Below are positions 10,427 through 19,948 of a stretch of DNA of 64,000 bases, in pieces (positions within the stretch are counted from its first letter, which is position 1; every line of letters begins with the position of its first letter). The notes beneath the pieces were generated by a model, which saw nothing but the letters and a program-made list of their open reading frames with translations, was not told the DNA's origin and searched no databases. This DNA comes from Nitrososphaerota archaeon. GTDB lineage: Archaea > Thermoproteota > EX4484-205 > JAAOZP01. The stretch is taken from contig JAAOZP010000012.1 in NCBI GenBank assembly GCA_011605725.1, forward strand, positions 74,238 through 138,237, given 5' to 3'. Made by a program: the position numbers and the translations under genes.

Positions 10427-10706
10427 AAGGAGAACTTATTTCGTTTACAAGGCGCTTTGAAAGATGAAGCCATACTATTACAATCGAGCGAATAAAAAAT
10501 GCTATAATATTTAATGATTTGATATAGTATGGATACGTGAAAACAATGGTCGATAAGGCTGTTAAAACGCTTAATGCCGGATTTCCATACGTGTGGATGG
10601 AAAGGAACTTGAAGAAGACATATAGAAGTCATTAAAAGACTGATGGCGTAGGGCGTTAATAGCCTCAGAAAGCCTTAAATGTCGGCTATTTGTCATGCAT
10701 GAGAAA

Positions 10707-10711
10707 GGAGG
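10707..10711 (+). promoter_or_regulatory. Shine-Dalgarno-like site (GGAGG) 9 nt upstream of the fhs ATG; TTAAAT TATA-like element at 10675-10680
   Basis: Sequence ccTTAAATgtcggctatttgtcatgcatgagaaaGGAGGcgttgaacaATG read directly. Confidence 0.35.
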
Positions 10712-10720
10712 CGTTGAACA

Positions 10721-12457
10721 ATGCCTGTGAAAAAAAGCTGGCCTGTGCCGAGCGACATTGAAATAGCTTATAAAGCCGAGCTTCATCCAATTAATAAGGT
10801 TGCGGAGGACATTGGGATTCTGGATGAAGAACTTGAGAATTATGGCAAGTATATAGCTAAGGTAGACTATAGGAGCATTCTAAATAGGCTGAAGAATAGG
10901 CCTCGCGGCAAATTGATCATAGTAACTGCAATCACACCTACACCCCTAGGCGAGGGGAAAACAACTGTTTCAATAGGTTTAGGTCAAGCATTCTACGAAA
11001 GGGGTTTTAAAGTTATTAACACTCTGCGCGAACCATCGAAAGGCGTCACCTTCGGAATAAAAGGAGGTGCAACCGGCGGCGGCTACTCTCAAGCCTTACC
11101 TATGGACAGGATTAATCTTAATTTCACTGGAGACATACCAGCAGTAGAAATTGCCCATAACCTTTGTGCAGCAGCTGTAGACGCCAGCATACTTCACGGA
11201 AATCCTTTAAGCATCGACCCCTTATCAATCGAATGGCCCTATTGCATGGATGTTGAAGCTAGGGCTTTAAGACGAGCCGTCATAGGATTGGGGGGAAGGT
11301 CAAACGGCTATCCTAGAGAAGCGCGCTGGAGCATAACTGTAGCGACGGAAACAGCGGCCATTCACGCATTGGCAACTGGGTTGGAAGACTTGAGGAAGAG
11401 GCTGGGAAGAGCCGTCGTCGCCTACACCTATGATAGGAAACCGGTAACGTGTGAAGAGCTTGGAGTAGCAGGAGCAATGGCCGCCCTGCTCGTGGAAGCC
11501 ATTAAACCTAATCTAGTTCAATCTACAGAGGGTCACCCGGTTTTAATCCACGGATTCCCGTTTGCCAACATAGCACACGGAACCAACTCGATCATAGCCG
11601 ATCTAGTAGCTTTGAAGCTTGCGGATTACGTTATCTGCGAAACCGGGTTTGGCTCTGAATGCGGCTTTTCAAAGTTCTGCGACATTGTATGCCGCCAGTC
11701 CCCAGAGATAAGGCCTGACTGCGCCGTCATCGTCTGCACTGTTAGAGCCCTTAAAGAACACGGTGGCGCCTTCATGCTTCGTCCAGGAATGCCCTATAAG
11801 AAAGTTAAGAGGGCTGCGGAAACAGAAAACCTCCAGGCGGTTGAAAAAGGTTGTGAGAATTTAGCTAAACACATAGAAATAGTCCATAAATACGGTATTC
11901 CAGCCGTAGTAGCCATTAACAGGTTTATCACAGACAGCGAGAGGGAGATAAGGCTTGTGTGCGAAAAAGCCGTCGAGGCTGGTGCTGATGAGGTTGCAGT
12001 TGTAGACCCCTGGTCTAAAGGAGGAGAGGGCTGCCAAGAACTTGTTGACAAGGTTCTCGAAGTAATGAAGAAGCCTCGTGAACTGAAGTTTCTTTACCCC
12101 GATAAAGCCACCATCAAGGAGAAGATAGAGAAAATAGCTACTGAGCTCTATGGAGCCGGCGACGTGAAATATTCTCCTGAAGCAGAGGAAAAGATAGAGT
12201 TTTACACCAGCCTAGGGTACGATGGGCTTCCGGTAAACATGGCTAAAACACCCCTCTCCCTTTCGCACGACCCTCTCTTGAAAAACGTGCCTAAGAACTA
12301 TACGTTTCCAGTCAACGATATTTTCGTCTTCGTTGGAGCCGGCTTCCTCATACCGATATGCGGCGAAATACAGCTTATGCCCGGCCTCCCGAGAAAACCG
12401 GCTTTCCTAGGAATTGACGTGGACACGGAAACTGGAAGGATAAGAGGCCTCTTCTAA
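10721..12457 (+). CDS. fhs: Formate--tetrahydrofolate ligase (formyltetrahydrofolate synthetase)
   Basis: 578 aa; diagnostic PTPLGEGKTTVSIGL nucleotide-binding motif and full-length similarity pattern. Confidence 0.95.
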   Translation: MPVKKSWPVPSDIEIAYKAELHPINKVAEDIGILDEELENYGKYIAKVDYRSILNRLKNRPRGKLIIVTAITPTPLGEGKTTVSIGLGQAFYERGFKVINTLREPSKGVTFGIKGGATGGGYSQALPMDRINLNFTGDIPAVEIAHNLCAAAVDASILHGNPLSIDPLSIEWPYCMDVEARALRRAVIGLGGRSNGYPREARWSITVATETAAIHALATGLEDLRKRLGRAVVAYTYDRKPVTCEELGVAGAMAALLVEAIKPNLVQSTEGHPVLIHGFPFANIAHGTNSIIADLVALKLADYVICETGFGSECGFSKFCDIVCRQSPEIRPDCAVIVCTVRALKEHGGAFMLRPGMPYKKVKRAAETENLQAVEKGCENLAKHIEIVHKYGIPAVVAINRFITDSEREIRLVCEKAVEAGADEVAVVDPWSKGGEGCQELVDKVLEVMKKPRELKFLYPDKATIKEKIEKIATELYGAGDVKYSPEAEEKIEFYTSLGYDGLPVNMAKTPLSLSHDPLLKNVPKNYTFPVNDIFVFVGAGFLIPICGEIQLMPGLPRKPAFLGIDVDTETGRIRGLF

Positions 12458-12647
12458 GCGCACCGGTATCTGCTCACTGTTCTTCAAAATATTCTGAGCT
12501 GCTATGGTGAAGCGTCTGGAGAGAACTGTGTAGAAAGTAACACTCTTAGACAGGGAGACTGCTTAAACAACTGCTGCGAGAACAGTCTCCCCTAACCATT
12601 ATAGGGTGAAGCTTTACGAACCTTCTAAAAGTATAAAAAGGGGATAG

Positions 12648-13571
12648 GTGAAATGGATGAGGATGTTCAGGTTTAAGCAGGAACAGAAAATTTTTGATAT
12701 TGCCGGCGTGAAGATTGGCGGCCAGCCTGGTCAACTACCTACTGTCATGATGGGAAGCATATTCTACAGTAAACAGAAAATATTTGAGGATGAGAAGGCG
12801 GGAGTATTCTCTAAAGAGAAGGCTGAAGACTTACTGAATAAGGAGAGGGAGATATCGGACAAAACCGGTAATCCGAGGATTGTAGACGTATGCTGCACAT
12901 GGCCCCAGGCTTTTGGAAAACTCATCGAGTTCGTGGCTGACAAGATCGATGGGCCCCTAGCTATAGATGGAACCACTGAGGAGGCGAGGATTGCTGGAGC
13001 CAAGTATGTCGGCGAAGTCGGGTTGTCTGAACGCGTCGTATACAACTCGATAATGCCGCATATTAAAGAGGTGGAGATAAACGCGATTAGGGAGGCGAGG
13101 ATCAAATCCGCCGTCTTACTTACATATAACGCTAAAAACCCTACGATAACAGGAAGGATGCAGGTGCTTGACGAGCTTTTAGCATTAGCCTCGAAAGCGG
13201 GAGTTGAGAAAACACTGGTGGATACGACTGTCCTCGACATCCCTGATCCAGGACCAGTCAGCAAAGCCGTATACTTGGTGAAGGAGAAATACGGGTTGCC
13301 AGCTGGAGCGGGAACGCATAACGCAGTCCAGAGGTGGAACAAGATGCGTAGAATGGATAAAACACTTTTCTCAATCGCAAGCAGCGTAGCCGACGTGCTT
13401 CCAATATTCATGGGGGCGAACTTTGTAATATACGGGCCGATAGATAATGCCTCAAACGCGTATTTCCACTGTGCACTGGCTGACGCTTACGTAGCCTATA
13501 GCGTGCGGCAGGAGTTTGGAACAAGACCGTTAACCAGTAACCATCCATTGTTCAAAATATTCAAAACATAG
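12648..13571 (+). CDS. MtrH-family pterin methyltransferase (tetrahydromethanopterin S-methyltransferase subunit H-like)
   Basis: 307 aa; N-terminal FRFKQEQKIFDIAGVKIGGQPGQLPTVMMGSIFY resembles the conserved MtrH N-terminus; length fits. Confidence 0.6.
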   Translation: MKWMRMFRFKQEQKIFDIAGVKIGGQPGQLPTVMMGSIFYSKQKIFEDEKAGVFSKEKAEDLLNKEREISDKTGNPRIVDVCCTWPQAFGKLIEFVADKIDGPLAIDGTTEEARIAGAKYVGEVGLSERVVYNSIMPHIKEVEINAIREARIKSAVLLTYNAKNPTITGRMQVLDELLALASKAGVEKTLVDTTVLDIPDPGPVSKAVYLVKEKYGLPAGAGTHNAVQRWNKMRRMDKTLFSIASSVADVLPIFMGANFVIYGPIDNASNAYFHCALADAYVAYSVRQEFGTRPLTSNHPLFKIFKT

Positions 13572-13615
13572 AGGTACGAGCAGTATAGACTCTTTAATTT
13601 GATTTTCATCCCCGT

Positions 13616-14224
13616 TTAACGAAGTATCCTAACCTTCCCATGCTCGACTACGATTCTTCCTTCCTCGAAGAGACGGATACCCTCAACTAAGGCTTCACCC
13701 TCAGCCTCTTGAACCCTCTTCTTCAAAGTCTCCTCATCATCATCCTCCCTGACTTCAACAGCCTTCTGTATTATTATTGGCCCAGCATCCATCTTCTCGT
13801 CAACAAAGTGGAGAGTACAACCTGTAATCTTCACACCGGATTTAAGCACCGCACGGTGTACGTTCAGGTCCCATCCTGGAAAGGCTGGGAGAAGCGAGGG
13901 ATGAATGTTCATAATCCTATTCCTAAACTTTTCCACAAACTTGGAGCTCAGGATCCTGTTGTAACCTATGAGCAGAACTAGGTCAACCCTCCTACGCTCA
14001 AGCTCTGAAGCGACCTGCATATCGTAATCCACGGGATCCTTACCCTTAGGGTCTATGAATATTGCTTCTATACCGTTCCGTCTCGCCCTCTCCAGTGCAT
14101 ACGCGTCCTTCCTATTGCTTATGAGGCAGACTATTTCAGCATTCAACTTCTTGTTTCTAATCGCCTCTAGAATGGGTTCCATGACGGTGGCACGGGTTGA
14201 TGCAAGCACCCCTATTCTCAGCAT
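13616..14224 (-). CDS. purN: Phosphoribosylglycinamide formyltransferase
   Basis: 202 aa; MLRIGVLASTRATVMEPIL and NIHPSLLPAFPG motifs typical of PurN. Confidence 0.8.
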   Translation of the reverse strand: MLRIGVLASTRATVMEPILEAIRNKKLNAEIVCLISNRKDAYALERARRNGIEAIFIDPKGKDPVDYDMQVASELERRRVDLVLLIGYNRILSSKFVEKFRNRIMNIHPSLLPAFPGWDLNVHRAVLKSGVKITGCTLHFVDEKMDAGPIIIQKAVEVREDDDEETLKKRVQEAEGEALVEGIRLFEEGRIVVEHGKVRILR

Positions 14225-14230
14225 TTCAGA

Positions 14231-15064
14231 CTACGAGACCTCTGAGGCACATTCCACCAGATTGCGTATTATGGTTGCAACCGTCACCGGACCCACTCCA
14301 CCTGGAACCGGGGTTATCGCAGACGCTTTTTGAGAGACGCTTTGAAAATCAACATCCCCAACGAGAGTGCCTTCAACGAAGCTGGTTCCAGCATCGATTA
14401 CTACAGCGCCTTCAGCAACCATCTCGTCTGTTATGAGCCTTGGGACACCGGTTGCGGAGATTAAAACATCTGCCTTCAAAGTCTTCTCGCTCAAGTTTTT
14501 AGTCTTGACATGGCAAACAGTGACTGTTGCCATTCGCGAAGTTAGCATTGCGAACAATGGTCTTCCGACGAGAATACTGTTGTTCACAATAACAACGTCA
14601 GCACCCTCTACGTTAATTCCATACCACTCCAAAATCCTGATCACAGCGTTCGCCGTCGCCGTGGGCCTGGCCTCCCGACCAGATAACAATCTTCCCAGAT
14701 TTATCGGATGCAGACCGTCAACATCCTTCTTAACGTCTAAGGCTTCTAATACGTTTAGGGTTGACACGTTTTTCGGAAGCGGTAGTTGGACCACTATTCC
14801 ATGAACACCCGTATCCTCGTTCAACTTCTTTATGAGTGAAATGAGCTCGGCCTCGGAAGGATTGTTAAGCTCATGCACCACTGCTTTCCCCCCTACAGAG
14901 TTGCAGGCTTTAGCCTTCATCTTAACGAAAGAATCTTGGGCCTTTGAGTCCGAGGCCTTTATAATGTGTAGTGACGGCGTGAAACCCAGTTTCTCAATCC
15001 TTGTCTTAGCCTCAGCCAGCATCGCTTCAGCCACTGGCTTGCCGCTCAATATCTTACCCGCCAT
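14231..15064 (-). CDS. folD: Bifunctional methylenetetrahydrofolate dehydrogenase / methenyltetrahydrofolate cyclohydrolase
   Basis: 277 aa; N-terminal ILSGKPVAEAMLAEAK and overall FolD layout. Confidence 0.9.
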   Translation of the reverse strand: MAGKILSGKPVAEAMLAEAKTRIEKLGFTPSLHIIKASDSKAQDSFVKMKAKACNSVGGKAVVHELNNPSEAELISLIKKLNEDTGVHGIVVQLPLPKNVSTLNVLEALDVKKDVDGLHPINLGRLLSGREARPTATANAVIRILEWYGINVEGADVVIVNNSILVGRPLFAMLTSRMATVTVCHVKTKNLSEKTLKADVLISATGVPRLITDEMVAEGAVVIDAGTSFVEGTLVGDVDFQSVSQKASAITPVPGGVGPVTVATIIRNLVECASEVS

Positions 15065-15370
15065 TGGGAATCACCTTGGCTCATTGTAAACCGTAAATCC
15101 CGGCACAAGACCTCTTAAAACAGCGCGCACTCCACGTGCTCTGCTGAGTCTTGCTCTCCAACCCTGGGGGTTACGCCCAACCCTAGTTTCAGCCTCATCA
15201 ACCTTAACCAGTTCCCCGATCAAACGAAGCATCGTGTCCTTCTTCAGACAGAAGCATCCTTATAAATGCTTCGATCCCGTTGCCCTCATCATCCGAAATT
15301 TTAATGAACCGTTTTTCAAGTTCAAATCCAGAATGAGCATGCGCCTTTAAAGCATAGATTCCTATTATTC

Positions 15371-16759
15371 ATGAAATGTTTTTATAGGGAACTTCTTTTG
15401 CAGTTGAGAATGAATAAAGGATCCGGCAACGCTAAGAATGAATTCAGGAAACTAGCAAGGGAAAGGATCTTAGCAATGCCTGATCAGCAGAGGAGGGAGA
15501 AGAGCTCAAGGGTGGTCTCGAATCTTAAAAGTCTAGAGGAGTTTTCGAGAGCGAAGTGCGTCATGGTTTACGTTTCTAAAGAGGATGAAGTTGACACGAT
15601 CAGGCTCATTACTGATATGTTGAAATCAGGTAAAAGAGTTGTGGTGCCCCTTGTTGATGAAGGAAGCGGGGAGCTGGTTCCATGCGAGATATCAGCTCTC
15701 GAAGAGCTGGTTGCCGGAACATTCGGCGTGATGGAGCCGGATCAGAAGAACATGAGAATCGTTAGCATGGATGAAATAGACCTTGTGGTGGTTCCTGGAA
15801 GAGCTTTCGACAGAAATTGCAACAGGCTTGGCAGAGGAAAGGGTTATTTCGACAGGTTTTTAAAGAGGTTTGGTAAAGGGAAGAAGGTAATTGGTTTAGC
15901 CTTTTCTGAACAGGTTTTCGAAAAAATACCGGTTGACGAGAACGATGTGAAGGTTGACATCGTGGTTACTGAATCCAGCATTATACGGCGCGACTCAGGA
16001 GAAACGAGAACAAGCATAAATAGAAAAAAGTTCGACGTACATAAGCTTGCTACCACCTCCCTGTTCACAGCGCTCTTCATCGTGCTAAGGGCAATCCCAG
16101 CATTCCCTATCATAGGTGTACCTGGAGGAAGCTTCCCGGTTTCAGATGCCATTCAGCCGCTTTACGGCGTCTTGCTAGACCCAGTTCACGGTGCAACCGT
16201 AATCCTCCTTGGGACAATTCTCGGTTTCTCAATAAAGCCTCCTAGGTTCCTCTATCTAGACTTCCTACCACCGCTCGTCAACACTTTGACTGTGAGTTTA
16301 CTCTGGAGGGGGAAAACATGGTTAGCACTCCTTATTTATTTTTCCGTATTAACCGCTTTCATGACAAGCCCGTTTAGCCTACTCCTTCTACGCCTCAACC
16401 TTTTTGGCTTAGAGGTGGAACTGCCGTTTCACTGGCTGCACCTAACCGCAATACCCCTATCTCTGATTCTCATCAGACTTAGCAGTTTTAAGCTTAAGGT
16501 TGATCGAATTGTATTGAAGTTTTCAGGATGCGCCCTACTCGGAACCATGGCGCAACACTCTATGGGTAGTTCTCTTTTCGAATACGTGTACGGCTTAACC
16601 GGAATGATAAACAGAGAAGGGTTTGAAAAAATCTGGTATATGGTCTTCTGGATATATCCCATAGAGAGGATGCTTCTAGTCCTAGCCAGCACGCTGGTTG
16701 GAGTACCTGCTACACGAGTATTGACCAAGATAATATGGAGGTCTCAGAATCCATCGTAA
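15371..16759 (+). CDS. 5-formyltetrahydrofolate cyclo-ligase fused to a C-terminal polytopic membrane domain
   Basis: First ~210 aa carry PGRAFDRNCNRLGRGKGYFDRF typical of 5-FCL; the remaining ~245 aa form about six hydrophobic helices in the same uninterrupted frame. Confidence 0.65.
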   Translation: MKCFYRELLLQLRMNKGSGNAKNEFRKLARERILAMPDQQRREKSSRVVSNLKSLEEFSRAKCVMVYVSKEDEVDTIRLITDMLKSGKRVVVPLVDEGSGELVPCEISALEELVAGTFGVMEPDQKNMRIVSMDEIDLVVVPGRAFDRNCNRLGRGKGYFDRFLKRFGKGKKVIGLAFSEQVFEKIPVDENDVKVDIVVTESSIIRRDSGETRTSINRKKFDVHKLATTSLFTALFIVLRAIPAFPIIGVPGGSFPVSDAIQPLYGVLLDPVHGATVILLGTILGFSIKPPRFLYLDFLPPLVNTLTVSLLWRGKTWLALLIYFSVLTAFMTSPFSLLLLRLNLFGLEVELPFHWLHLTAIPLSLILIRLSSFKLKVDRIVLKFSGCALLGTMAQHSMGSSLFEYVYGLTGMINREGFEKIWYMVFWIYPIERMLLVLASTLVGVPATRVLTKIIWRSQNPS

Positions 16760-18072
16760 GGCTCACCTGACCATATTGGTCTTGCTTCCCCAACGGTGAA
16801 AACCGAGCCCGTAACCAGTATTCTACCTTCTTCCCCAGCACGCGATAATGCTAGAGCCACTGCCTCTCTAACAGTCGGCTCAGAACAGTATTTAGCATTC
16901 ATACTCTTCAAAACATCTGCCATGCTCTCAATCGGAAGAGCTCTTCCCATGACGCCATGCTGAGTCAGGATGAACTCGTCCGTGATCCTTGCGACAGACC
17001 TGAGAATCTTATCATACTCTTTATCTGAAGAAATACTAACAACTGTTTTAAACCTGGCTCCCGGCAACATCTCCTCTATGCTCGAAGCTAATGCTTCAGC
17101 AGCCGCCGGATCCTTTGCACAATCCAATATGACTAAAGGGTGTTTGCTAATGGGCTCCAGCCTCCCTGGCCAAACAACGTTAGCAAGACCCCTTCTCACG
17201 GCTTCCTCATTGAAGTTTGATTCACCCCTTAGCTCTGAGAACTTCAGATAGCTAGCTATGGCCGTCGACACGTTTACTGCCTGAAAACTCCCCCTGAGCG
17301 AAACCTTAAGGTTCTCTAACAGTGTTCCCGCAAGTTCAACATTCAAAGTTATCCCGGTCAAGTCAGACTTTAAAACCCTGTGCTTAACATCCCTAGGTAC
17401 TAAGGTGAGCTCTGAGCCCAATTCCCTGCAGCGTTCCTCCACGACCTTAAGCGCTGGGCCTGAACAAGCCGATACAGTTGGGCGTCCACGCCTTATTATG
17501 CCTGCTTTCTCAAAAGCTATTTTCTCAACAGTATCACCCAGGTGCTTCATATGCTCTAAAGAAACATTGGTTATGACTGAGAGCACTGGGTCACACGCGT
17601 TTGTCGCATCAAGCCTGCCTCCCATACCAACCTCGACGACAGCTACATCAACATGCTTCATCGAGAAATATTTATACGCCATGGAGACGTTGCACTCGAA
17701 AAAAGTTGGGAAACGTCCTAACCTTTGCGAAACTTTTTCACCAGCCTTTTTAACCTCCTCATAGGTCTCCACGACTTCTCTCCTAGTTATTTCCCGGCCA
17801 TCTACAACTATTCTCTCTGTGAACCGGCAGAGGTGCGGCTTCGTGAACGTTCCAACCTTAAGACCTTCCTCGCGTAGGATTGAGCTGATCATGCTGACGG
17901 TAGAGCCCTTCCCATTAGTACCTCCTACTAGGATTACAGGATAATCCTGCTCCGGGTTTCCAAGCTCGTTTAAAAGCCCCTTAACGACGTCCAAGCCTAG
18001 TTTTATCCCCCTCAGCTCATAGAGCTCCTTTAGAACCCGCAGGTACTCAAGGTCATCGGTCCAAGCGCTCAA
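16744..18072 (-). CDS. folC: Folylpolyglutamate synthase / dihydrofolate synthase
   Basis: 442 aa; Mur-ligase P-loop ILVGGTNGKGSTVSMI and FolC-like length. Confidence 0.85.
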   Translation of the reverse strand: MSAWTDDLEYLRVLKELYELRGIKLGLDVVKGLLNELGNPEQDYPVILVGGTNGKGSTVSMISSILREEGLKVGTFTKPHLCRFTERIVVDGREITRREVVETYEEVKKAGEKVSQRLGRFPTFFECNVSMAYKYFSMKHVDVAVVEVGMGGRLDATNACDPVLSVITNVSLEHMKHLGDTVEKIAFEKAGIIRRGRPTVSACSGPALKVVEERCRELGSELTLVPRDVKHRVLKSDLTGITLNVELAGTLLENLKVSLRGSFQAVNVSTAIASYLKFSELRGESNFNEEAVRRGLANVVWPGRLEPISKHPLVILDCAKDPAAAEALASSIEEMLPGARFKTVVSISSDKEYDKILRSVARITDEFILTQHGVMGRALPIESMADVLKSMNAKYCSEPTVREAVALALSRAGEEGRILVTGSVFTVGEARPIWSGEPYDGF

Positions 18073-18358
18073 TTATTGGAACACCCCCTTCAGCGCACCG
18101 AGGGAAACGCATCCTCACCATCATTTCGTATCGTTGGAAATCGCCTTGTTTAAATGTCTTACTGAGATGTGTTGAACATTGAAAATATGCTGGTTTCATC
18201 ATTCCCCGCTGGATGGAAGCACGGCTTAAGCCAGGATGAGCTTTGAACAATTCTAAAAGAGTAAACCGTTCACTATTTCGCGGTGAGCAACCGGCATGTG
18301 CCGGTGAAGAAGCATCTGATGAAAATCTTTAAAAAAGCAGGATGAGGAAGGGTTCATC

Positions 18359-19216
18359 ATGGAGTATAGAGTTCTAGGCAGAACAGGCTTCAAGGTAAGC
18401 ATTCTCGCAATAGGGGGCTGCGGCCCTGGGATGGCTCCGAACACGGAGGAGGGTGTTAAGGCGTTTGAAAACGCTGTTGAGAACGGTCTTAACATGGTTG
18501 ACGTAGCACCAAGCTACGGAGACGCGGAGACCAGGCTTGGGCAAGTAATAAGGAGGAACCGTAGCAGGCTGGTCATAACAGAGAAAACGCTTGAGAGAAC
18601 CAGGGAGGGTGCATGGAGGGAACTGCGGCAAACCCTGTCTCGTTTCAACGTTGAAAACCTAGATGTATACCAGTTTCACGCAGTCAGCACGCTGGAGGAG
18701 CTTGAAAAGATTTTCAGCGAAGACGGTGCTATGAAAGCTTTCCTAGAGGCCCGTGAACAGGGATTAATAAGGTACATAGGGATAACAGCCCATTCCGACA
18801 TGAGGATTGTCGTTAAAGCCCTTGAAAAATTCGACTTCGACACCGTGCTGATACCCGTAAACGTTGGAAGCATGATTGCCCCTGCTCCGGAGAACGGTTT
18901 CAACCCGGTTTTAAAAATCGCGAGGGATAGGGATATAGGGGTTATCGCTATAAAGGCGGTTTCAAAAGGAAGGTGGACCGGCGAGAGGAAATACCAGACA
19001 TGGTACGAACCCATGGATGAGCAGGAGGATATTGACAAGGCTGTTTGGTTCACGCTTTCCCAAGAGCCGGTTTCAACCTACTCCATGGCATGCGACGTAA
19101 GGCTTTGGCCGAAGATAATAAGCGCGGGCAAAAGGTTTAGAAGACTCTCTGGAGAAGAGCAGGAAGCAGTTGTAAACTATTTCAAGGCTAAGGGAGTGAA
19201 GCCTCTTTTCCCATAG
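18359..19216 (+). CDS. Aldo/keto reductase
   Basis: 285 aa; MEYRVLGRTGFKVSILAIGG N-terminus typical of AKR family. Confidence 0.75.
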   Translation: MEYRVLGRTGFKVSILAIGGCGPGMAPNTEEGVKAFENAVENGLNMVDVAPSYGDAETRLGQVIRRNRSRLVITEKTLERTREGAWRELRQTLSRFNVENLDVYQFHAVSTLEELEKIFSEDGAMKAFLEAREQGLIRYIGITAHSDMRIVVKALEKFDFDTVLIPVNVGSMIAPAPENGFNPVLKIARDRDIGVIAIKAVSKGRWTGERKYQTWYEPMDEQEDIDKAVWFTLSQEPVSTYSMACDVRLWPKIISAGKRFRRLSGEEQEAVVNYFKAKGVKPLFP

Positions 19217-19270
19217 GGTTTAGCAAGCCAGCACCGCGAACAGCCTTAACCTATCTGCCTTATTTTCAAG

Positions 19271-19948
19271 CTATTTTAAAACCATTTTAGCATCTACAAC
19301 AGTCGCGCTAGTCTGATTCAAAACAACCGGGTTTGCATCTAAGCCAAGAATATGCTTCCCATATTCCTCCCCTATTGCTGAAAACCTTAAAACCAGATTC
19401 ACGAATGCGGCCTTGTTAACCCGTATATTCCTGAAGCCCTCCAGCAGTCCCCTGCCTTTCAACTCGCTTATCATTTCAAGCACGTCCACCCTTGAAACGG
19501 GAACCACTCTGGTCGAAATATCCTTATAGATTTCAGTATATATTCCTCCGATTCCAATCATTATACACATTCCGAAGTAATCGTCGTGAATCAGGCCGCA
19601 GATCATATCTACGTTTCCACTCACCATCTCCTCAACCAGCAGAGTTTCCCCTCCAAACTTCTCTCTGAAAACCTTGACGGAACGCTTGAGCTCAGACATA
19701 CTCCTTATGTTCAGTAAAACTCCACCCACATCCGTCTTATGGATAAACCTGTTGGAAGAAACCTTAAGGACAACGGGGAATCGTAAAACTCCTGCTTTAC
19801 TTAAATCCGAAATTTTCTCGACCACCACAAAACGGGGAACAGTTATTCCTTGGCTTTTCAGAAACGGCTTAACCAGATGCTCCGGTATATTCTTGCTTCC
19901 GGTCTCGGAAGCATAGTTCAAAATCCTTTTAAAAAATTTCTCGCTCAT
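19271..19948 (-). CDS. Acetyl-CoA synthetase (ADP-forming), beta subunit (ATP-grasp)
   Basis: 225 aa ATP-grasp-like ORF whose start overlaps the stop of the alpha-subunit gene by 4 nt. Confidence 0.7.
   Translation of the reverse strand: MSEKFFKRILNYASETGSKNIPEHLVKPFLKSQGITVPRFVVVEKISDLSKAGVLRFPVVLKVSSNRFIHKTDVGGVLLNIRSMSELKRSVKVFREKFGGETLLVEEMVSGNVDMICGLIHDDYFGMCIMIGIGGIYTEIYKDISTRVVPVSRVDVLEMISELKGRGLLEGFRNIRVNKAAFVNLVLRFSAIGEEYGKHILGLDANPVVLNQTSATVVDAKMVLK

Noticed and set aside
12764-13411. 215 aa minus-strand ORF
   Set aside because: Lies entirely inside the MtrH-like gene on the opposite strand; low-complexity Ser/Thr/Ala-rich translation typical of a shadow ORF.
14367-14804. 145 aa plus-strand ORF
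   Set aside because: Antisense shadow inside folD.
15071-15232. 53-codon minus-strand ORF ending 6 nt upstream of the folD start
   Set aside because: Below the length threshold, no recognisable motif, no clear ribosome-binding site; cannot be supported from sequence alone.
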